DNA of 64,000 nucleotides from assembly GCA_951406725.2 (NCBI GenBank), contig OX597816.1, forward strand, positions 49,042,001 to 49,106,000, given 5' to 3'. A model generated the notes under the pieces. It was not told the DNA's origin and made no database searches. It worked only from the letters and a program-made list of their open reading frames with translations. The stretch is from Octopus vulgaris. Taxonomy: Eukaryota. This document shows positions 54,625 to 64,000 of this stretch, piece after piece (within the stretch, counting starts at the first letter, position 1; every line of letters starts with the position of its first letter). The position numbers and the translations under genes are program-made.

Positions 54625-55750
54625 CTAGCAGACGTACCCGGTAATTCCCGGGAAAGCGGGACTTATCCCTTGGTTCCATTCTCATAATTGTTTTACTAAT
54701 CCAATAACAACAATAAAAAGTATGTAGCCCTTAAAACGGATTTTGTGTATTTACAGAGAATTCCGAGCTGTCTTATACAAGATCTTGTTTTTAGGAATTC
54801 CCAATAAGCTCTGGACACCCAAACTGTGAAGTCAGTTATGTAAAACATATGAAATTAGTTACCCGATAGTAATAATTCAAATAAAGGGCTTTAATGCGTT
54901 CTCAGAGTATACAGAACTTAGGAGGAAATACTAATAATGTATGTATACTAAAATCGTGAATCATGATACATAATAACAGGCTAATCAGATATGAGATAAT
55001 AACAATTCAAAGTAAGTAACTCTGAAAATGGCTTTTGTGCCTTCCCAAAGAATATTACCCTCAGCGGCACTAGTTTTGGTATATTCGTGAATAAGTCACT
55101 AACCGAAAGAAGTGGATCTATTGTTTAGGAAAATACTATTTACTTGTTTAAGGCGTGTACTGGATAAACTGCGAAAATAACTCTAACAGTTCAAATACTA
55201 AGAAATAAGCATACTGAATTTGATATCTTGCAAACAACTTGCACATGCAAGTGCTACCAGTTAAAAGCTCCGTATATCGGAAGCTAGCAAGTGTATGGGG
55301 TCATTAGGAGAGAATGCGCGCCGTTTCGGGGCCTACCTCTCGACGGCATCAATGCGCACCGGCCCCCCTCACTGATATGAGGCCCCGCTTGCTAGATCAG
55401 CTGGTTATGATGAACTCAATATACTTCTAGCCATCGCTCATCGTCTCTTTTCAAATGATTTAAGAAAATGAATGGGTTATTTCCCTTGGCTATATATAAG
55501 GACCCCTCGAAGGGGCGAATGGGTTATTTCCCTTGGCTGTTAAAAGAAATTATATTAGATATATAAGGATCCCTTCCAGAGGCTCGATTATCGACTTTTT
55601 TTTTAACAATCTGAGTATGCCATGAGGCTTCCAGACATGAGTTCTACTCACATGTCAAGTTTCATCAAAATCGATAAAATAATGAAGGAGGAGTTAGCTA
55701 GCAACTCCACAAACACACCCACAGACAGAATTTCCCACATATGTAGTAGA
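54625..55750 (-). mobile_element. Non-autonomous Helitron
   Basis: CTAG end with CCCGG-n6-CCGGG hairpin; TC start preceded by the acagacag motif seen in the other copies; A/T insertion site. Confidence 0.75.
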
Positions 55751-55880
55751 TTTACTATGTTTTTCCTTATCAATTATGTAGGTTTTGTTTAAATTTAATC
55801 AAAGTTTTCAATCGAAGTGTTTTGTTTAATTCAATAAGCTTGCGTTTAAATGATTACTTTAATTATATTTTATTTTTCAG

Positions 55881-55993
55881 GTTCTGAAGATCATGTTCGC
55901 AATGATGGAAAATATCCAGAAATGTCTACTCCTCTAGGAAGTCAGATGTCAGTCAATTCCAACGATTCTTTAGCAAGTGGCACTAACGACAAA
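55881..55993 (+). CDS. INTU: Inturned exon (113 nt, Ser-rich linker)
   Basis: tatttttcAG / AAA|GTAAGT; phase 1 to 0; GSEDHVRNDGKYPEMSTPLGSQMSVNSNDSLASGTNDK, positionally matching the low-complexity INTU linker. Confidence 0.8.
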
Positions 55994-56519
55994 GTAAGTT
56001 ATGGATGAACAGTTTTATCGTTCTAGTAAACAAAATAGTCGCTCATGTAATTTTAATCCTTAAAACTTCTAGAATATTATACTGGATAATCCATCTAAGC
56101 TTTGTAATTATGAACTGCCTAACTTCATATGTCACTAGAGGAATATGTCTTTCGCTTGTTATTTTGATGACCTCTCAGTGAAGACTATCAATAATCTGTA
56201 TACTATAATATCAGCTATATTTGTAATAGTGACCAAGTAAAATAGCCATCAGCGGTGGGTGCATGCTCTTGATCGATATAGCATGGAATATGTTGCTGCA
56301 TATAAGCTGTCATAGACCCACAGACCTCTGTGCATATTGAAAATCAGATTGCGAGACAATTGACTAACTTTGCTTTGCAATTGGGTACATGGGCACGTTC
56401 TGTAGCAACCTAAGAACAGTAGAACGTAACACTGCAAAGCAAACGTAACACTTATCAGTTATGTAGTTATAACACTGCTAAAAGAATTTGAGTTTTTCTC
56501 TCATTAGAGTGTATCTCAT

Positions 56520-57789
56520 TGTTAATTTCCGGCGGAAACCAAATGATTAACAACGAAGAAAGAACATGTGTAATTCCGTGTAATATAGCAGTGTCAAATA
56601 TAGTAGATGCTAAGAGTAGAACAAGTGCCACATTTTGTATAGCTCTTGCTACAGTTATACAAGATTTAAGTCTATATAAGTTTATGTTTCAATACTACAA
56701 CCCATTTCAGTTAGTCAGTATTTCTAAATTAACACTAAACTGTTTGCTGTATTACATGAAAATCTTGTGTTTAACCCCTCCAGGATGCAGAAACATTTCT
56801 GAACAATTCTATTGATTTCTGGTTTGCTGCATCTTTCATTCTTTATTTCCTGACAAGGATAGTCTCCCGTTTTATATAGAAACTATGATTATATGCGATA
56901 CGGTGGTTAAGATGACGGGTATCGTAGGGAATGAATTCTGGAGGTAAATACTTAACTTTTCTGTAGAAACTACATTACTTTCAATAGGATGCAACGTTTG
57001 AAATAAACAAGTTCTTAATCGACTTTTAGAGACAAAAAGCTAACTTCCACGTAAAAATAAGAGTATTAAAATGTCTGATGGTTGCGATTTTCATGATTTT
57101 AGATGTTACACCACCCATTATGCACTTTGTTGTCTAAAGTTTGATGTCATATAGTTTTCATTACTATAGAGTGACATTAGAGGTAGTAAACTTGTAGACA
57201 GATTTAAATTTATCTTACCATCTCTTATATTTAAATAGAGTGTCGATCGCTTTTGCAAAGCTGTAATTTGTATCAAATTAAGTTTACTTTATTCATTGGG
57301 GAATATTTAACGAAAATGTGATTTCTAACAGATGTTTATTTTTCTTCACTGCTCTCACATTCTCATGAAGATTTGCGTGTTTTGAACACCACACAAATGA
57401 ATTTCTCCCTTAGCTGTTTTTATCTACAACATTTGCTCCTGTTGTTAATTCCCACCGGAAACCAGATAATTAACATAAAAAAGAACATGTGTAATTCCGT
57501 GTAATATAGCGGTGTCAAATAGAATAGGTGCTAAGAGTAGAACAAGTGTCACATTTTGTATAGCTCTTACTACAGTTTCAAGCTTTAAGTCTATATAAGT
57601 TAATGTTTCAATTCTACAACCCATTTCTGTCAGTCAGTATTTCTAAATTAACACGAAACTGTTTGCTCTATTACATCAAAAACTTGTGTTTAGCTCCTTC
57701 TGGATGCAGAAACAATTCTGAACAATTCTATTGATTTCTGGTTTGCTGCATTTTTCATTCTTTATTTCCTGACAAGGATAGCCTCCCGT
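56520..57789. repeat. Direct duplication of about 350 bp (56520-56869 and 57443-57789)
   Basis: Long colinear similarity from gttaatt-cc to gacaaggatag-ctcccgt. Confidence 0.9.
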
Positions 57790-59489
57790 ACTGTTTTCCC
57801 AATATCTAAACATTTTGAAGATTACAAATCTGTGTTCTTGATACGATGAAAATGAATATATTTACCAGTTTCGCCATGAACTCGTAACTCATATGTCATT
57901 TTATAAATATTCCCTATGTCAGAAGCATATATATTCTTGTTTGTCACTATTTTCTGTCTTCAAAAAACACTATTACTTAACTATGCTCTATTCTTGTTGG
58001 TTTCTTTATCTTATTTTATAGTTGTTTTTCATTTTATTTTCTCTTATTTATTTGGTCTCAATATAAAGATTTCCTTTCCACCTGCTTCTCTTTGCTTAAA
58101 CATTTCCCCTTATTTTCTGTTCCTCTTTTCATTGCTACACCTTGTGTTCAGTGTTGTATAGCAAGCTTCATTTATAGTCACTGTATATTAAAGGATTTTG
58201 ACTCACGTTTTAGCTTAGCATCGCTTCATTAGTCTTCATTGACGAAGAAAATAGAAACATTTGTATATCGAAGTAAAGCGAAATAACCAGACAAACTGAG
58301 ATTTTATATTTCTTTTGCCTTGCTATACATTCGAACTTGTACCACCTCTGCAAGTATTATGATGTAACGAAACAATTTTACGTAAGAATAGAATATATGG
58401 TTGTATATGTATATGATTACGAAAAAGGATACGACTCGTATTTCGTTATATTCATATGAATTTATAAATAAATATTTATACAATTCTGTGTGCACGTTAT
58501 AAAGCATCGTTCATAAAATAACCACAAAACTTTCAGATGGTTATCGAGTATCGTGCTCTCAATCACCCTATGTTAAAGATATAAATATATAAAGCATTTA
58601 GTATAAACTCAAGTAATACGTTTATGAATTGCTAAATTTAGCCTTGTTATTTGAAATATGTTGTGTGTGTTACTTTATTTGATATGTTTAGCATATCATT
58701 GCATGTAAAATTTTGTTTTCAATTCACTCGTGTAAATATGACAACAGTTCCCAGCACATATGGAAAAAGGTTTCTTGTCATCTGCATCATCCAATATTTG
58801 TCTAATGTACACACCATCTTCTCGTTTTCTTTATATTTAAACACCACTTCAATGTCTTCTGCTAAACGAAATTTGTTAGCATTACACTCGTCGTTCTAAA
58901 AATCGTAACGACGTTCCACAAATGTTCTCAGATCTTATTGTTCCTATCCGTATTCTTTCACTAATACACATACAAAAAATACAAAAAAAAAAAAAAAGAA
59001 ACAAAAAGCTAAAACAAAAACGCTTCCTTCTTGGAAGTATATATTATATGATTTATGTACAGGGGCAAATATCATTATCAGTAAGAATACCCTCTTGTCA
59101 AACTGAAAATTAACTACTAAGTCATTTTAATTTATTTTTGATCTTAACTCCCGAAAACAGCAACTACAAAATCATTTAAAAACATTACTATCATTGAGTT
59201 TTGATATCGGTGCAGTGATATAAATTTATTATAACGACTTAGCAACCTTTCCATTACTTTATTCTATTGACTCCCTTAAGAATGAAAACGAAATTCAACT
59301 CCAGTATGATTTGAACTCAGTGCTTAAGGCGTTGTAACTAACTAAATGGCAAACTGTTCTAGTCAGCAATTTCTAATAATTCTACGAAAATCTATTTAAG
59401 GAATAAATTAACTACAATAAGTAAAATAGGAAATTGAAGGTGCCACTTTAGTAAGCGATCTATTTGGCTATTTACGCATTAACGTGCAG

Positions 59490-59605
59490 AATAACCCTAA
59501 TCGTAATCTAGAACTCTAGCCCTAACCTTAACCTTAAAAACCTAAACATCACACTAAGCCCTAACATAATCCTAACCCTAAAATTCTACCCTAATCTGAC
59601 CTAGA
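59490..59605 (-). repeat. Degenerate interstitial telomeric (CCCTAA)n
   Basis: taaccctaa, ccctaaccttaaccttaa, cctaaccctaa. Confidence 0.6.
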
Positions 59606-60223
59606 TAAGTTCATTTCACAGAGTAGACTATGGATACTACAGAAGGCTGCAAGCTTAAGTAAGAGGAAACTAAAATGGACTCATCACTCTCATAGTCGAA
59701 TTACAGTAATAGCTGCATGGTATATTAGTAATAATAGTGTCTAGAATAAAGAGGCTAATTTTTATCTGCATGACGGTAGCTTCAGGTTATAAATGGTATA
59801 ATAATTACCTATAGTCACATCAGATAAACTGTCACTATGACAGCTAGAGAGTCTGAAATATGCTAATTAGTGATAAAGTGATAAACACACATTGATGAAT
59901 AATTTATTACGTTAGAAAGCGTAGATCCGAAATGGTGATGGTTGCAATAAGATACTATTGATTCAAACACTGATATTTGTACAAATATCACCAACATTAA
60001 ATTTGATATTTCTCTATCCGGGGTTTAGTGACCCTCCCCAAACCTCAAAAAACAAACTAACAGTAATATATTGGATCAATGAAAACTATTTCTATCAGAA
60101 AATAATATAGGTGAAGGTGTGATAATATTCTCAATTAATTAAATCTAGAAAATAGAGGACAAGTAGAAGCCTAAAAAATTGGAATGGGAAAAAAGTGTTT
60201 TGTTACTTTCAAATGTAACAGTA

Positions 60224-61195
60224 CGAGGGGTGTTCATTAAAAATTTCCTATGACACAATTCCCGAGGATCGGATGAAGGAAATTTGGCATGATTATCATT
60301 ACTTTTTTGCATAGCCATCACCATTGGTGACACGCTTCTCCCATCCCTTTACGCCGCTATGAAAACCTCGGCTGTAGAAGCCGGTAGGTTGCGTCTGGAG
60401 CCAAGACTTTACCTCGGAAATAAGTTCATCATTCGAAAAGTGCTTTCCCTTCAAAAAAGACTTCATGGCTAGAAAGAGGTGGAAGGCATGTGGTATGGTG
60501 CGAGGTCAAGAAAGTAAGGGGAATGAGGAAGGATTTCATATATAGCCGCAGAAGTGTTCTTTCATCTAGGCAACATGTGCAGTGTCAACAGCAGCGTTGT
60601 CTTGGAGGAGGTGGACTCCTTTGGTCAGCATGCCACGCCTCTCTGCTTTGATGGTGTCCCGTAATTCCTGTAGCAGAGGAGCATAATATGCCCCGTTAAT
60701 TGTGGAGCCCTTTGCTAGAAAATCCATCATCACTACTCTGTGTTGGCCCCAAAAGACTGTGAGCATCACCTTGCCTGCTGAAGGTTGGGCACAGGCCTTC
60801 TTTGGAGGGGGTGTGTTATCATGCTTCGATTGAACTTTAGTCTCAGAATCATAGTGATGGGCCCATGTTTAATCCTGTGTGATAAGTCTGCCAAAAAATT
60901 CCTCCTAGTTTTCTTGGCACATTAACAAAAGAGTTTGAGAGCAATTGACTCGTTCCTGCTTCTGAAAAGTTGTGAGCACCAGGGAATCCACAGCACAGAC
61001 AAATTCCGCATGTACAAATGGTCGTGAATGATTTTTTCAACGGACCCTACATTTATCTTCAATTCTAGTTTCCAGTTGCCAAATAGATATGCGGCAGTCC
61101 TCCAAAATGGCGGCTTCCAGTTTATGGATGATGTCGTCATCAATGGCAGAATGTGGGCGCTCAAGAATAGCACTTGGCTGACCTGATATCTAGGC
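60224..61195 (-). mobile_element. Mariner transposase pseudogene
   Basis: TA-CGAGGGGTGTTC terminus; MLTVFW...TINGAYY..LLQDNA..H, PHSPY..DLAP, RGF...WEKRV motifs with frameshifts. Confidence 0.9.
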
Positions 61196-61311
61196 TTTCA
61201 AATACATGTGCTTATCATGAGAAGAAGAGCAATTAGGATACATTCGAACTTGCTTAGTAATGTTGATAGAATACTACTGTCTATCCTACATCGGCTCGGA
61301 AGAATAGGAGA

Positions 61312-61500
61312 TAAATAGTTTGGTAGTTGGGGTGTTGCACTCACGATCGCGAGATCGTGTGTTCAATTCCCGGACCGGGCAGTGTGTTGAGTTCTTGAAT
61401 AAAACACTTCATTTCACGTAGCTCTGCGATAACTTCGACATGTGACGTGTGGCCTACTGTGCACCTGTACAGTCAATATGGATTTGATGGAGAGAGAGAG
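61312..61500 (+). mobile_element. tRNA-derived SINE (family E)
   Basis: ggtgttgcactcacgatcgcgagatcgtgtgttcaattcccggaccgggc head. Confidence 0.7.
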
Positions 61501-62894
61501 TTAATTACTTTTCTAGATGTTGTAAATTTACTTTGCAATATTCCTAAGCTTCCGCTAACTTTTGTTTTGTACTTCAATGAATAAAGAATAATATCGAGAG
61601 ATGGTATTTACCCTTACTTTAATGTGGATGTTCTATTAGGACAAGCTATACTGCGGTAGATACCATGAAAGAAACTCTCATATTCGCTTTTGGTTTAAAA
61701 TGCACTTTTGTTTATCTCCCCTATTTATCTCTTATCTTCTCGCTTGCGATATCAACAAGAGTGTATTTTGCACGAAAACCAACATGATAGTTTTCCTCCT
61801 AGCATCTGCTGCAGTATAGTTTGTCCTAATAAAACATCCACGATTAAATATTACCACTGGGTATCAACACTGCCTCTGTCGCTAACATATAAATAATGAT
61901 ATCACTTTCTGTGTCCACATGTTTCCTAATGTGACAAAACTAAAAACTATAAATACAAACACACATTTAAGCAGGAGCTTAGAAATATTGCAAGTGAATT
62001 AATTTGTTAAGGTTCATATTATAATAAAAATGTAAATTCTAAAAGTTGACTAAAGGTAAATAAAAAAAAATGCCAGTGAGAAACCCGGGATGAAGGAAAA
62101 AATTCCAATAAAACAGCTGCAGCTGACTTGAATGACGCCACTCAGAAAGCAGTACAATAAATATTAGTCGAGCAGTTTGAGGTAGAATAAGTTTTGATTA
62201 CATTTATCTTCTAGAGTAATACTTTGAGCATACCGCAAATCATGGATAATCGCTAGATGAGCTTGACGATCCCGTGACGAACCAAGCCCCAGGTGGCCAG
62301 TTAGAGCATACCACAAGTCTTCTCATCGATCAAGCCCCGGATGCTCTTGGCGCTACCATGAATAACCAAGTATCAGATGGCTATATTGGTTGGACGTCGG
62401 TACTTGCGGTCTCTTTAGCCTAGTTTTTTTGCTGCTGTTGCCGCATTCACACATGTTGGTTAGCAGGGGAAAGATTGAAAAATGAAAAGAGCAGCAAATA
62501 TTTATTTAAAAAATTTTAAAAATTAGCAAACAGAAACAAAAAAAAAAATGTTTATAAAAGATATACAATTTAAAACAAAAACATTTTTGAATTGATTTAT
62601 TACATTGGTGTTCATATGCAAATAATCATTTTAAAAGTCATTTAAATAAAAATAAATGTATTTTCATATAATACATTTGGCTATGATAAATTTAGTTTAA
62701 TTAATTTATCAAATTTTGATATATTTCCATATCATTTTGAGTATTATTTAGTCATTTGTAATTTTGAATAATTAATTATTCTTGAATAAATAATTATTTC
62801 ATTCTGATGTAAATTAAACATTTGATTTAAACGAAAACATATTTAAACATTTCGGGACTAGCGCTTCCTATGGGACATTAAATAATATTTTTCG

Positions 62895-63020
62895 AATTAT
62901 ATTCCACGGAAGTCGACTTTGCTTTTCATCCTTTCGGGGTCGATAAATTAAGTACCAGTTGCGTACTGGGTTGATTTAATCGACTGGCCCTTTCCCCCAA
63001 ATTTAGAGTAGAAAAGAAAG
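62895..63020 (+). mobile_element. SINE family B, 5'-truncated
   Basis: gtcgactttgcttttcatcctttcggggtcgataaattaagtaccag. Confidence 0.8.
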
Positions 63021-64000
63021 AATATTTTTCTAAATATATATTTAAAACTTTATTTGCCACCATTTTGGTTTTGATATTGTCTCTTTCGCCTCTGTTTCAT
63101 ATAAAATATATAACATAAGTTCAAATTTACAAACGGAATACAACCTAAAAGACAGATTGATAATAATTATAAATACATGCTTAAATAAATAATAAAGCGA
63201 GAAAACTTCGCCCTACATGTGGTTTGAACTCACAATAGCAGCATACATCTCGACTTGCGAAAAAATGAAAGGAAATGCCGTCGTTAGGTACTGCGCGGAA
63301 ACCGATTGTGCTACCGGGAAATTCCCGTTATAAAATTTAATTTGAATAATATCTATAAACACACACAAACATGCATGTATGCTTACTTTGCTTGTGACGA
63401 CCAATCAAAGGAGATGACAGCGTCGTTCCTGGACATTCATCATCCTCTACCTCCAGCACATTGTTTTTTTATGAGAGCAGACCTGGTTGCCAAGACCGAT
63501 ACGAAATAGGCAGATCATGTGGCAATGACGACACTACAAGGGACCCCAAACAACAGCCTCAGGGGGTTGATGTCGATGTCTCCTCTCTTCATGCGGTCTT
63601 TGTGTTTGGATTCGATGCACTCTATTCCAGCATCCCACACGGATTTCTATGCCTTACGATTAACAGCTATGGCCTCCAAGCGATTAAGAGGGTCACCGCT
63701 TAAAATGGGAAAGCACTTGAGATGATCCTGAAAACGAAGTGTCCGATGTCTATGAGTCCTACCTCGAGTCGCTGAAGAAGCTATCTTTGGGAACAGCTTA
63801 CCCGACATCAGAATCACACGGCCAATATAGCGAGGAAAATGACGAAGGACGCAGGTATCAATGCTGTAGATCTCAACACTCAGGAGGATTTCGATATGAG
63901 GCACCTTGTCCGACCACGAGAGACCGAGGATACTTTGGAACGATATGATATGGAACGCTTCTAGTTGTCTGATCTGGTGCCGATAAAAGCCCTTTATATG

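Overview
AT-rich, repeat-saturated animal genomic DNA; the SINE families and microsatellite load suggest a coleoid cephalopod, probably Octopus (inference). The only host gene I can support is a + strand, multi-exon Inturned (INTU, CPLANE tri-longin) orthologue. Seven GT-AG exons between 24360 and 55993 splice in frame and match vertebrate INTU longin-region motifs. Its N- and C-terminal exons were not located. The rest is mobile-element debris: at least four SINE/SINE-like families, RTE and CR1-like LINE fragments, a Ty3/Gypsy relic, a Penelope-like RT/GIY-YIG relic, Tc1 and mariner relics, hAT/TA/TTAA MITEs, non-autonomous Helitrons and many microsatellites (which explain most ORFs in the supplied track). 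Most notable: Penelope-type hammerhead ribozyme motifs (one with an intact core), a MITE with a telomeric-repeat core, a double-headed mariner derivative present twice, a 3.4 kb Helitron mosaic that splits a SINE, one SINE body with three different tails, and a cluster of hairpins just upstream of an INTU exon. Repeat boundaries are approximate and were read by eye.
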